Below, piece by piece: positions 21,580 to 34,465 of a DNA stretch of 64,000 bases (position 1 is the first letter of the stretch; each line of letters begins with the position of its first letter). Made by a program: the position numbers and the translations under genes. Source of the stretch: Macrostomum lignano (lineage: Eukaryota); NCBI GenBank assembly GCA_002269645.1, contig NIVC01001376.1, forward strand, positions 62,001 through 126,000, read 5' to 3'. The notes beneath the pieces are model-generated. The model made no database searches. It saw nothing but the letters and a program-made list of their open reading frames with translations, and was not told where the DNA came from.

Positions 21580-23964
21580 ACAGTACAGGCCGTGGAGTTG
21601 ATGGCCGAACTGGCGCAGGTTCGCCCTTGTCCCTGCAACTTCCGTCATCGGCGCCCCCTCCAGAGTCAGCCAAAAGACGGAGGATGACAGCAACAGGAAG
21701 TGTTGCAGGTATCGCTCATACTCGCCATGCAACACATGGGGCAGCACCAGAGGGCCGTATGCCAGCAGCCACGCTTCAAACTCGTGCCCGCGGAAGTGAT
21801 GAAGATCCCGGAGACTGCGGGGAGGTCGCTGAATGGAGCCCCTTGGAACCCGGATCTGGGCCGTCATTACGTCCACGGTCGGAATGTCGTGCCGCAGATC
21901 AGGATTGACTGTAAGAAAGCCCGTTATTGGGGATTCCAACTGCGTATTCTTCATATGTACTGTAAGTGGGATGGATTTGTAGCGATAGACGCAGCTGTAT
22001 CTCACCTGCATATTTGTCTGCCTTTCTGTCCATCTGGCTGAACAACTGGCAGATGATGTACTTAACGCCACCCAGCGTCTGGTGCAAGTAGCAGAACGGC
22101 GAGTCCACAATGTAGTCGAACCCCTGTCGCACCAGTCCGATCAGAGGCGAAACGGACTTCACGCCGAGCAGGTTGCTGGCGGCCGGTGCCTTATTACCGG
22201 CGAGGTGCACCGTGTCCTCCAGAGTCCGGCGTGTTACGTTCTGGCAGCCATGCCGTTCCGCTTCGGCGAGGTGCACATTCGTGACATCAGGAGGGAAGAA
22301 ACGGCCGCCACCACCGGGAACAGGGGCCGTCTGGATGTAACAGTGGTCACACCCGAAAAGCGCATTAAACTGCTGCAGACAGGTTGCTTCGACACGCTGG
22401 GGTGCATCCAGAAGCAGCACCAGGATTGTCACGAACAGACGACCGGCGGAAAGTCCGTCTGGGCCGCCACCTAAAATTTAATACGCAGCCTAAGTGCGGA
22501 TGCTTTTCTTTGGACCGTCTTATCCGTCAATGTTGGAGTAAATATTTACCAGTGGAGTACTCCACGCCACGCGACTGCAGAATATTTAACTGCTGTACAA
22601 GAAGTCGGAGGAAGGCGGTGCAATTCAGTTTCCGGCGTCCACACCAGAACCCGCAGATGATTAAAAATTTTCCTTTCAGTCGTTCGGGCACCTCGTTGAT
22701 GCTCAGGTACACCGGGCAAATTGAATAGGTGGCTGTTTGAAAGACCTGCACAATGGCAACGAATTATTAATTTTGTTACTCACACTATCGGACTGTAACT
22801 ATAGGCCGCAGCCCGGAGTGTAACGATTTTAACGCCATAAAGTTGACTGACCTGGAAAGAGTCAATATTCACCGTTCCGCTGACATGCTGCTTCGCCGCC
22901 ACGTCGATACGGGCCTTGAAATACTGGTATCTGCTGGAGGTACTGCGACTCAGCGACTCCTCTGTGGCCGACTGATCAGCCGGAAACACCACCTTGCGCA
23001 GCAGTCCCTGCGTTTCGATTAACTGTCTCACTTGGCTCAGTATGTCCAACTGCCAGTAGGTCCCGCGCAGGTCAGCTGTGAGAGCGGCAGCACAGCATGG
23101 ACAGGCGGGGGCCTGCTCCGGGACTTCAGCCAGGCAGGACAGGCAGTAGTGTGTGCAGTTCACCTTTTTGTTGACCCCGAGAGCCTTGCGCAGTAGATAG
23201 GGTGACGTGGGGATCTTGGAGCCAGGAGGCAGGGTGCTTTCGAATAGCTGCAGCAGGTCCGTCAGTGCGCATCGTGTGAGTCGGCGTCGCGTCTGTATAG
23301 TCGCAAAAAGGTGACGCATTCGTGGCACTCGCATTCCATACGTGACAGACATTGACAATTTCAGACTGACATTCACCTTAAACATCTGGACAGCAACGCA
23401 GAAACTGCCGTATGTGTGACGGCTGCCGTCAGTCACTGGCTGCTGCCGGTCAGGACCGCCATAGTCATGTTCCTGCGCAGTGTCATCTGACTCTGAGTCT
23501 CCAGAATCTGTGGAATTGTCAGCAGGGTCGCCACCAAGCACGTGCACATCCTCCATGTCGCTGCTGCTCTCTTCGTCTGCATCATACGATGCTTCGCGTT
23601 GCCCATGCCCCTGGCCACACCCGTGCACGTGGTCGCCAGCTGGCGTCGCATTTGCACCAGCGACGGGTCCAACTGTGTCGCCGGCAGGTCTTGGGATAAA
23701 TCGATTAATTTCCTCGTCCGAATGCTCTGCGTCGTACACTGTGTCCTCAGTTGCAGGCTCTGCATTCGCACCACTGGGAGGTACAGCAATTGCGCCTGCA
23801 GCTTCCTGCCGTTTGCGCGCCTGATAGCGGTACTGGTGTTTGGCAGCACGTGCCTTACGCGCAGCTGCCTTCACAGGGTCCTCCGTGGCAATCCGTTGCC
23901 GCTTGTAGTCTGCATAATACTGACGCCTGTCAGGGCGCCTGACGCCTCCAGGAACATCATCCAT
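21580..23964 (-). pseudogene. Intron-containing EnSpm/Tnp2-like transposase of element B, truncated at the C-terminus
   Basis: CLSC..CPCC finger, VNID..SICPVYLSINEVP, LLDAPQR..QFNALFGCDHC, CYLHQTLGGV, RPPRSL..HEFEAWLLAYGP. Short introns include 22005-21960 (46 nt). The sequence ends after LHGLY without the HxLxH/FE motifs. Confidence 0.82.
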
Positions 23965-26159
23965 GGCTGTGGGTTTTTGGGTGGTCGCATCGCATTATCT
24001 GTCTGCCTGTCTTTTGCTGCATTTAGAGGATCTTGCCATTGCTTAGTCTATATATATAATGCTGCAACCACAAGAGGCTGTTGTCCAATATTGAAACTGG
24101 CAATCTGGCAATGCTGCCATAACTAGAACTAGAAGTGGAAGCAACAGTCTCCTCTAATGTCCTCATGTTCAAGGTCTATTTCATTTGAGTTTACTAATGT
24201 TGCTACCTTAAACAGAAGGAAGGAGAAAGGGACATTAAAAGAAGAAATTAAAAATAAATACTTTGAGAAGCAAAAACTTTTGAAGCAAATTGATATAGAA
24301 GTGGAAGGAATTTGCAACATTATTCTTGTTAGTAGTACCAATCATGAAAATGTGTCATAGGTTATATTCTTACTTTTTTTATACATTAAATGGACAGTTG
24401 TAAATCAAGCTATTTCTTGGATTTATGTATGCAGAAGTCTATAAATTAAGCTAGCCAAGTATGGATATTTTTTTAAACAAATGTTCTTGGACATTAAAGG
24501 CAATAGTCCATTTTTTGTATGGTATCATTACTATACTATACGACTTTATATTAAATTATATTAATTAAAATTTCCTATTACGCCTAAATATGCATATTAA
24601 TAATTACTCCTAGGCATATTAAGAAACCTAGACTTAAGATCTTGAATTGAAAGCTTGAGATCTACACTTATTTATTTCAAGATCTTGTTTTCCCTTTTCG
24701 TATGATATTCAAAATGAGATGCAAGAAATTGTTTCAGCTGTTTTGACATGATTGTATCTTTAAAAAAAGATAGCTAGGAATGATAGTAGCTAGCAAGAAA
24801 TCATTTTTTCAGCTTGATAGTGCCTAAAATGACAAAAAAGCAATGTAGACTTTCTATTAATAACCAATAAAAATGAAATATTATATACAAAATTCATATC
24901 ACATCATATATGCATATTTTCACAATTTCACACTGAATGATTTCTAGAAAAAAAGCTCTAAATTATGTGTCTAAAGACAGTTTAAATACATCAATATAAT
25001 GAATCAAAACACATTAACTCTCAAGCTTAGGCCTTCTCAGCCTAAAAATCTTATCAGATGCGACTTGTAAATAGGTCTAGTCATATACTTTAATTGGCAA
25101 CAAATTCTTATTTATATATACATGCCAAAGGCAAAAATCAAGAATTTTGCCACACAAATGATACAAAGGTCATATAATTAATTAAGTACAAGCCAAAAAA
25201 GTGTACAGCTAGAAAGCTGCCTACAATTAAAGATGAAGAAACATTTAACAGATTACTCTTACTAATCTCCTATACTTATTTTAACATTGCACAAAGCCAC
25301 AACAATTAGGCAACAAATAAACGACTACTAAACACAAAAGTTGGTCCAGTCATTCCAAGTATTGACTAAAATACTTTTAGTATTACAGAGCTCCGGTTTA
25401 GGCAGAGGCCTGTTATGCCAGCCAGTTAAATGTAAGTGCAGATCACAGAAGTGCAGCACTACTCTTCTTTGGGCATGATCTGAGCGAAAAATACAATGCA
25501 ATTTGAATCTGTGCCTATTCCACTCGAGCAAGATAACGCAATTGTCGTTAATTGTAGACACACGTTGGGTGCTCGCTCAGTTCATTCATGCCTATAATAG
25601 ATGTTTTCAACAAGTTGCGCAATTGAAATACATTTCATAATTAGTCATCATTGGTCTTTTAAAGTGGGCCTTCGACGGCAGTTAAATTCCAAATAAAACA
25701 TTTGCTTCCGGTCTTTTGCCAACAGAATTACTGTATTCCATCAAAAAGTCTACTTTAATTATTACTTTCAATTGTATTGTTGCGTTTCAGAACGTAATGC
25801 AAGGTGTCAGAAAGGGTATAATCTACCGCAGTGATAATACAGCGGCAACATGTTGCTAGTAAATGTGCAGCTTCCTGGCAAAGTCAACCATGCAAGCTAA
25901 TACTGTAACAATATTGACACCGAATATGGAGCCATGAAATTTTCAATCGCGCTCGTGATCTCCCCTACTAGCTCCTTGTATCTGGCTGCGATATTAGCCG
26001 CATCCTTGCGGCTGGCCGTCAGCCGACTGCTGACCGTGCGGGGCGGCGGGATGACGTCGAGAAATTATTCATGTCACTGCCACGCGCGCGGCGGCCGCGC
26101 GGCCGTTGAATTCAGCGACGGCGGCGACCAGCGCGCGACGGTACTTTGCATGATCCCGT

Positions 26160-26470
26160 TGGCGTAAACTTAGCTGGCTAGGCGTCATTCCAACTGGTTG
26201 GGCGTAAGCTTAGCTGTCTAAGCGTCACTTCAGTTGGTTGAGCGTAAAATTGGCTGTCAGAGCAGCCAAAGCGTCATTTGGGCGGGCAGAGCGTAATTTC
26301 GGCGGCCCAAGCGTACTTTCCTACATGGCCGTAAACTTAGCTGCCTAGGCGTCTTTCCAGCTGGTTGCGCGTAAAATTAGCTGCCTAAGTTGCCCAGGCG
26401 TTTATTAGCTGGTTAAGCGGGTTTGGCGTTTTTCTCTCCCCCCACCCACCACCCCAATTTTACGCCTAAC
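26160..26470. repeat. Right subterminal motif array of element B
   Basis: Repeated g(g/a)gcgtaa(a/g)(c/t)t(a/g)gctg(g/t)cta units share the GGCGTA core with the left end. Confidence 0.75.
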
Positions 26471-26578
26471 TGACACTCAGCCAGCCCAAAGCACGCTCTG
26501 CACACCCAAAACTCGCCTTCTCTGCTTAAAAAACGCCAAAATCACGCTTGCGCTGAGGCACCATTTTCCAGCGGGCTT

Positions 26579-27770
26579 AATATGGCATAGTTCATTTGTA
26601 TGGCGTATTTTGCGCTGAAGGTCAGATGGAATACATTTCTGCAATGCTGTGACCTGGGCGTTAACATTCTTAAGCAGCTGCTGTGATAATTTACATTGAA
26701 GCCGAATGCCTTTGATGGATGTAAAATAACATTTCAAAAGTTTTTTAGTAACTCCAAGATAGACCATATGCATTGTATCAGGAACAAAGCTATTTGAAAT
26801 GAAACGAGACCCAACATAGGGGATCTTACAGATAGCATATTATTTTCTTGGCCAGCAAGGTAGGATAGATCAGTTCTTTGATTTGCAGGATTATAATTAC
26901 TAGGAGGAAAAACTATACGCTCACGAAAGTATTCTCCTTGTTGCGACAATACATGCAACCAGAGTAGCCACTGTGCCCAATGACTGACATAATAAAGCTA
27001 CGAACAGGAGCATCACATACGAAAATAATAGATCCAAGTTGCCAAACTTTGTCACCAATAAAAATGCCAGATGCCTTTAGTTGTTGTAATTCCTTAGTTA
27101 AATTATCCAGAAAAAGGTTCAAATTTGGTTTTCCTACTCCACAAAATATGCCCAAAGGTAATGGATTCTTGAAACCTTTGATTTGCATTAAAATAGTCCA
27201 TAAGCCAATAGATGAAGAATGAAAAAGTGGCAAACCATCTATGTTGATTTTTATTTGAGGAATAGTTCCTGACGCCATGGAAAACTTTTCTGGTGCCTGT
27301 TAAAAGGCATATATCAAATTGCTAGCCATAGACAAATATGCCAGATTATTGGATGTTATTAAGCTTACAAGATTGGTGGAACCACAGTTTGGTTTGCCCA
27401 TTTTCTTAAGAAGAAACATAGACTTTGGTACACCTTGAACATTGTATCGATTAAGGATTGCCAATAGAGCTGACATAGTTCGGTAAGGAAGGTTGAAAGT
27501 CAAATAAAACAAGAAAAGCTTTTCTGCCAATGTTAGCTCAGGTGCATCAGGCAAGGGAATATCATATTATTTTTCATTGCTTTCATCAAATAAGCTATCC
27601 AATAGATCATCAAAGCCTATTTCTTCATTTCGCTCTTCTATTTCTATGCTATTACCATTGCTTTGTTCATCCAAGGATATAACAGTAGTTTCCATAGCAC
27701 AAGCAGTAGCATCTTGATTATCTTGTAGATTAGTAGCTTCCAAATCATTAAGTCTAGTTAGTTCTTTCAA
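26579..27770 (-). pseudogene. N-terminal half of the EnSpm transposase of element A, with several frameshifts
   Basis: INIDGLPLFHSSSIGLWTIL, VCDAPVRSFI..GHSGYSGCMYC, MHMVYLGVTKKLL, QRKIRH. Confidence 0.85.
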
Positions 27771-28105
27771 TTTTTAATTAGGTAAATCGGTAAATCGGTA
27801 AATCGGTTTTAAGTAAATCGGTTTTAATTTTGCGATTTTGTACTCGAGCAGAACTTTTATTTGGTGACATATTAAATAGGACAATATCCAATGGGTCAAA
27901 ATTATTTCTGGATTGAGTACAAAGCTTGCAAGTTAAAACGGTATATAATTATTAAATTTATACTTCTTTATGATTTAATCTGCAAAGTAGAATAAATGTG
28001 TAACTTACTCTTTAAGTTATTCTAAATAGTAAGCTAACTATTTTGATATTTTACATAATAAGTCTTTAGCTAGCCAAAAAACAGACAAATTAGATATAAT
28101 ATTGA

Positions 28106-28922
28106 TGTCACGTTATTGGCGTAGAGGCTATGACCCTTAGAAGGGCCGTTTTACGAGAGTTGTCGTAAGTCGTAGTCCCAAAATGAATCGAGTCAAGTCT
28201 TGAGAAGCGGATTGTGTAGCGGAGCACTTGGCGTACAAGGCAGGGAACTGCCGTAGTTGATTTATTGTTGAGATCAATATTCAATTTGGTTAATGTCAAT
28301 ACAGAACTTATTGTGCTTTGGGACACTGGCAGCTGCAACAATGGTTTTGAATTGAAGGTGAGTTAGAAATTGCAGTCCAGTGGCAGGGGAATGATGCAAG
28401 GCGATGCAACGTGGTGAGTAACGGCGATGAGCACAGAAGAGGCAGATGCGTAGTGGTGAGATTGGCGTTAGCCGTGGCAGACAGTGGCAGGCAGTGTAAA
28501 CAGGCTGGCCCAGACAGAGGAGCCGTGGCGAGAGATAAGGAGGCTCGAGGCAGCCAAGGGAGAGAGAAGGAAAACGAGAGCCAGACGCCCGAAGCCAGAG
28601 GAGAGGGGAGGCGGACAGAAGGCCGGAGAAGTGAGGAGCCCGCCGCCAGGCGGGGGTTAATAAAGAGCGCAAAAGGGGGGCATAAAACACGGAGAGTTTC
28701 ATTGGCTGGCGAGAGAACTTGAAATTATCGATCGTGCCAAAATTCACAGACGAGCGCAAGGCCTACCAAATACACAGTGAATTAGCAGTTGATACAGATT
28801 ATTTGCACGCTACTACAAGTAAACGTTAAAATAAACTATTGGAGAAATTAATATGAGAAATTGCGAGGGAAACTATAGTCCAACGGCCCTTTTGCGGGAC
28901 CACTTAAACTAGCAACGTCACA
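28106..28922 (-). mobile_element. Solo LTR (817 bp) related to the Gypsy-1 LTR
   Basis: TG...CA ends. The reverse complement aligns with the Gypsy-1 LTR (gtggtcccgcaaaagggccgttggactat; aaaccccc gcctggcggcgggc). 5-bp TSD ATTGA at 28101-28105 and 28923-28927. Confidence 0.92.
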
Positions 28923-29324
28923 ATTGACATTAAAAAAACTTTAAAAATATTTTATAGATAGCAATAACACATATAAACATATAAATATGCTACAAAATTT
29001 CTAAATACTATGGGCCCTTAAAATGTTGCAATCCTTTGTGAAATTGATGGTATTAGGCTTATAGCCATAGGCTATAACTAATGATTCATTAAATTTTTAT
29101 ATATCTCTAAATTAATACACTGAAATTGCATTGCTTCAAATTATTATTTGCTTAAGATAGCCTTCTAGGCTAGGTTATTATACAATAGAGATATTATAGC
29201 ATTCTGAGTCTAGATTGCATCTTGAAATTTGATGTAGCCTTGCAGGATATAATTTTGAATCCAGATTTTTTTAATTTATAAAAAGTCTATGAAATGAGAC
29301 TTTAAAATATGGAGTATTTATAGA

Positions 29325-29580
29325 CATGGTTGCCATGCAGGCTCTTATTGTGATGGCTGCTATCCCTCTAGTATGGGGATTTTATATTTAAGGGACACAG
29401 CTGCCATGTCTATAAGCTCCAATATTACAGAAATGGCGGCCATGTCTATAAGTATAGTCCTAACCAATATTAAAGCCACGGCCACTATGCCTATAAGCTT
29501 TTGCATTATAGACACAGCCACATGTCTCTAACTGTGGCTCTCCACATGTTAGAGGCTCTCCACATGTCTCTAACTGACTC
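29325..29580. repeat. Cluster of short degenerate repeats (gccatgtcta(t/a)a), possibly a subterminal relic of a non-autonomous DNA element
   Basis: About 6 copies of the motif in both orientations; no termini found. Confidence 0.45.
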
Positions 29581-29967
29581 CATATTAAAATATTGTATCC
29601 CAACCCTTAAAATTGCATCTTGAATTTTGGGACACAATGAGATTTTGCATCTTACGTAGCCTAGCCTAGTGAAAAAATCTAGCTATTACAAATCTAAAGA
29701 ATTTTATAACAATTATAATTTGACTAGTCTATAGGTCTAATTTTAGGTTTTGCCTAATTAGCTAGATATATAGCAATTTAGTGGGACTATAAATGAATAT
29801 AGGAATAATATACAATTTTCCTAGACTCCAGAGGCTTCAATTCTTATAAGTTTCTTACTTAGCTATCAAGTCACAAGTGAAATAGGCAATTTTGGGCAAA
29901 AAGGTTATCAATATAAAAGTAGTAGCCTTGTCTAATTAAAGGAATATTCTAGAATCCTACAAATAGA

Positions 29968-31763
29968 ACTGACATGTCCGTAGCCGCCTTCCAGCCGCAC
30001 CGAAATTTTAAATGAGTGCCCCAGGTGTAATTTTTATAAAAATGAATCACATATGCTCTTAATTGATTGCCCCAAAACATGTTTCGCATGGTCGATGCTG
30101 TTTCTATGAAAATCTGGCAGTGAAAGTTGGCTTTAGGGCGGCTGAAGGGCGGCTGGAAGGGGGCTAGAGAATTGCTCTGTATTGGCGCAGTACAATTGTG
30201 CCCCAAATGGAAAAAAAAGTTAGATGCAAGTCTTAACTTTAATAAGCACAATAAACTTTGGTTCATTGGCTTTTATTTATTAGAGAAGTGCGACCTTTAG
30301 TTTGAAATTCAGCATTCCAATAGGTAAAAGCGTGCCCCAACCATTTTCTTGACTAGCGGCTAATGCCCCAATGCGGTAAAAAGAAGCAGGGTCAAAATTT
30401 TACTGTATATGTAAATTTCTGTACATGCCCTACAATTTCCAACTGAGTGGCGAAGTGAAATAACTAGATTGTAATTTAGACACCAGTCATTACGACTTAC
30501 AGTCGAGATTACGAATTTGCAATCGTAAAAAATTAAATTCTAAATTGTTGCAAAGCTTGTCTACTAATAGACTAATGGACCAATTCATAAATTACTATCA
30601 ATGTGACAATGCCCATGTTGATGGATATGTAATTGTATGTGTCCTTTAGAAATATTAAAAACTGGCATGACAATTGTCACTTTAAGATTGTAATCAAATC
30701 ACTCAATATATTCTATAATCTATATCTATGCCTATATGTATATTAACACTCAGTAATACTAATATTTCAAACAATAATAGCTAGCTATGGCTATACATAC
30801 AGAATTCTACATATGCACCTTCTTATGAATTATGTCATGTATGACTCAAATTTATTCAGAATATGATGCATGCAACTAGAGGAGCTTTATATTAAATCCA
30901 ACTTTATTGTCACTTTTCTATACAATTAACAAAGTAATAATAATACTAGGCCTAATAGCTAGACTAGCTATTGATATTTAAAAAATACAAATTTCTAGTA
31001 GCTATTTACAATCTATTTTCTAGTTTCTATTTCTATTTCTATTCTATTTACAAGTTAGGCCTTACAAGCTAAGTATTACCATTAGCTTCGATATAGTTAG
31101 AATGCTTCTCTTTTACTAATTCTTAGCTAACTTGAAAAAAAAGAAGTTCAATAGGCAAAACTTTTAGTCTTTTTTTAATTAACATACATATAGCTATGGC
31201 TCATTTTTTATATAATTGTTTGAGTTACAGGTCTAGAATGTAATATATTCTTTAAATAAATAACAAAAATAATTATATCAATCTCCAAATTATATATTTG
31301 ATAGATGACTCATATTCACAAAATCTGTCTCTGTGTATAATATACACTCAACATCAAGTGCTTCCATGTTAGTTCCACTCGTGCCCTTTTAAGTTTTATA
31401 TCTCAGTAATGTATATCATATAAACATGATAATTCATGTTTTTCGTGTTTCTTGTCAATATCTGCTACTTCCACTCATGTCCTTTCATATCTGAGTAATG
31501 TATATCATATAAACATGATAATTCATGTTTTCATGTTTCTTGTCAATATCTGCTACTTCCACTCATGTCCTTTCATATCTGAGTAATGTATATCATATAA
31601 ACATGATAATTCATGTTTTTCATGTTTCTTGTCAATATCTGCTACTTCCACTCATGTCCTTTCATATCTGAGTAATGTATATCATATAAACATGATAATT
31701 CATGTTTTTCATGTTTCTTGTCAATATCTGCTACTTCCACTCATGTCCTTTCATATCTGAGTA
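29968..31763 (+). repeat. Left inverted arm: about 1.44 kb unique sequence plus 4 units of an 88-89 bp minisatellite (31410-31763)
   Basis: Reverse complement of the right arm; unit ends at 31498, 31586, 31675 and 31763. Confidence 0.93.
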
Positions 31764-31989
31764 GTAATTCATGGTTTTCCTGTTTTTTCTTATTTTCAAT
31801 GCTAGGATTCACTTAACCAAGTTCTCTTAGTAGAGTTTGTTCAAGTAAGAAAATGTGAAGTAAATGTGACTGTACACTTGTCTTTTATGTCACTATGTTT
31901 CTGTCAACGCTTTGAAGTTATTTTCGATGTTATGGAAGCATGTTTTTGCATGTAATAAAAGTTATATAATTCATTCCTGGCTTTCATTA

Positions 31990-33027
31990 ACGATCCTTTT
32001 TCGGTCTTTGAGCCAAAAGGAGAACTGCCCTTACCCTTTCCGGACAAGGAAGTGGTCGTCGGCATCAGACTAACATCGACTTGTGTTCGTGTAGCTGCTC
32101 AGATCCTAAACATTCGACTGTCCGGTTCTATACTTCGAAGGGCTCCTGGAACGAATATCAATTATATTTAGGAAAATGGTTTAGCTCTGGCCTACCGTGA
32201 TGGTGTAGCAATTTTTCGACATAGAAAAAAATCATCGAATTGTCACCAAGACCATTCAAAGCGAGCGAAAGCGGCTGCTGCCGGAAAGGAGTGGTTGAAA
32301 CATAATGGTTGGAAGTTGGAAGAAGAGAGTTCGCAGCTTTCAGCTGTGATTGCAAAGCAGCATGTAACAAAGGCACTTGATCATCTGGAGTTGGCTGTAT
32401 CCGTAGCTCCTGATGAAGTACGTAGTATAATTCAAATATCTGTTGCGTGTGTGCATCAGGTAAAAAACGTGATTGGATTCTACTCAATTGTCTACTGTGA
32501 GGGGAGCAGAATTTAAGCAGGGAGAGTCAGAAGTGGAAAAGCAGCAAGAGCTGGAGAAGCAGCTGGAGCAGCAGTGAGAGCTGGAGAAGCAGCAAGAGCA
32601 GGAGAAGCAGCGAGAACTGGAGAAGCAGCAAGAGCTGGAGAAGCAGCGAGAACTGGAGAAGCAGCGAGAACTGGAGAAGCAGCAAGAGCTGGAGAAGCAG
32701 CGAGAACTGGAGAAGCAGCGAGAACTAGAGAAGCAGCAAGAGCAGAAGCAGCAAGAGCTGGAGAAGCAGCGAGAGTTAGAGAAGCAGCAAGAGCAGGAGA
32801 AGCAGCAAGAGCTGGAGAAGCAGCGAGAACTGGAGAAGCAGCGAGAACTGGAGAAGCAGCGAGAACTGGAGAAGCAGCGAGAGCTGGAGAAGCAGCGAGA
32901 GCAATTATCTTTATCGAGAAAGCGATCGGCAAAATTTGTGAACACTGACAAGAAAGACGGAAATACGACAGCCAAAATAAGTCGCACAAGTAGGCCTTTG
33001 CGCCCAAGACAAAAGTTCATCAACTAA
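31990..33027 (+). pseudogene. Internal gene 1 of the foldback element: unknown protein ending in an (ELEKQR/ELEKQQ)n coiled coil and a basic tail
   Basis: The plus frame reads KGELPLPFPDKEVVVGIRL..EWLKHNGWKL..VACVHQ (one TAG at 32169), a donor at 32460, then EVEKQQ(ELEKQR)n..SRKRSAK..RPLRPRQKFIN* (TGA at 32575, final stop 33025-33027). The ORF track does not show this frame in full. Confidence 0.55.
32536..32901. repeat. 18-bp tandem repeat, about 20 copies
   Basis: Unit ga(g/a)ctggagaagcagc(a/g)a. Confidence 0.95.
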
Positions 33028-34465
33028 GCTTATGTTGCGATTTGCAGGGACGAGAATAATTTGATGATTTTTGCGAACCATATGAATGCGCTTTTGTGCA
33101 ATCGAAACTTGTGAATTTAACTCAATAGCTTAAATTGACACCTGTCAATTAAGGGGTGTACTCCTTATGCTTCATGTTTATGCGTACGAGTTGCCATACG
33201 ATCATCTTACGCAGGAGATAGCGGACCCCTGATACCAATAGTACTACACTTTTTATTTAGCTTTCGCTTTGATGTGTTTTTGCATTGTCATTACACATAA
33301 CTTCACTCATATACGAGCGTACAATGTTTGACACCTTGATCGTAAGGTGAAACGTTTAACCGTGTGAGATCTCCATTAATATATTCTATTCAGCTTCTAT
33401 TTTACTTATTATTCTGCAAATAAGTGCTCACTCTTTAGTTCAAAAACTACTTCCCTTCAGCATTTGAAAAGTTAGTAGCATGATCAATTCGTAAACTTTG
33501 CTTTTCAGTTTTCGCCATATCAGTCAGTTATCAATTATACTAATACAGTACTCATATACTATGTTTATGACGACTGACAAAACGAATAAACGAGTCGGAC
33601 TGTCAAAATCTGATTGGAAAATATTCAGAACCGGAACTTGAAATTCGTAAACAGTTCTTTATATATTTACTTTGTAAATAAACAAATTTAGGCTACGAAA
33701 GATATAAAAAGTCAGTCGGTACGAAAATTTAAATCTAATTTTATGAACATGAAGCAAAAAATGTTTTTGAGAGATTTCTAAAAAACGTACAGAGAAATGC
33801 GGGACATTGACAGATTAGTAGTAAGTATTTAGTAATAACCTTTGAAAACTATAACCGTCATTATTCTCGTCGCCAGAGCCGGCTTATGCATTTGAGGCCC
33901 GATTGTAAGTTCAATAATAATCAACACCTTGGGCATACAAGGTAAAACAATACATACAAGGCGCACGAGCGTACTACGTTGCTATTCAATAAAAAAAGAT
34001 AGTCAAATCAGGCGCTATCAAGCACAATAAAGCCATCCTACTAGGCCTATCCTAAGAAGTCATGCCAACGGATTCATAGTCAGTTAAAATGTTAATCGAT
34101 TAATGTGCATAATGTTTCGTGTGCACTCTGACTAATCAATCCTGTTTATAAAAGATTTTAAAAATCTTGTAGAAACCGATGATCTAGTGGCAACGGCAAA
34201 CTACTTAACAAAACAATAACTGGATTAGTAGGATTAGTAGCAGCAAAAGTTATGATACACATGTAGGTCATTTATATAGAAAAGAAAGTAAAAGCAGTGA
34301 TGTGACAAAAAGAATGAAAAAAAGGCGCTGAGACAAAGACATTTTGCCATTTAAGCAGGGTGCGGCGGGAAGACGCCTTCATGTGGGTGCGTGGTATGAC
34401 ATCAGACATGAGTAGGCACTGGTAAAGCGAAAACCCGTAGCTTATCCAAGCACTAGCGAACATAG

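Larger units (their letters stand above)
18929..26575 (-). mobile_element. EnSpm/CACTA-type element B (7.65 kb) nested inside the transposase of element A
   Basis: TIR CCCGCTGGAAAA at 18929-18940 with its reverse complement at 26564-26575; 3-bp TSD CTT (18926-18928 and 26576-26578). Removing the insert restores H-I-K-A-S-E-F in frame. Confidence 0.93.

Noticed and set aside
32484-33023. Cys/Ser-rich metallothionein- or keratin-associated-like ORF on the minus strand
   Set aside because: It is the antisense reading of the 18-bp repeat. The plus ELEKQR frame has more plausible flanking sequence.
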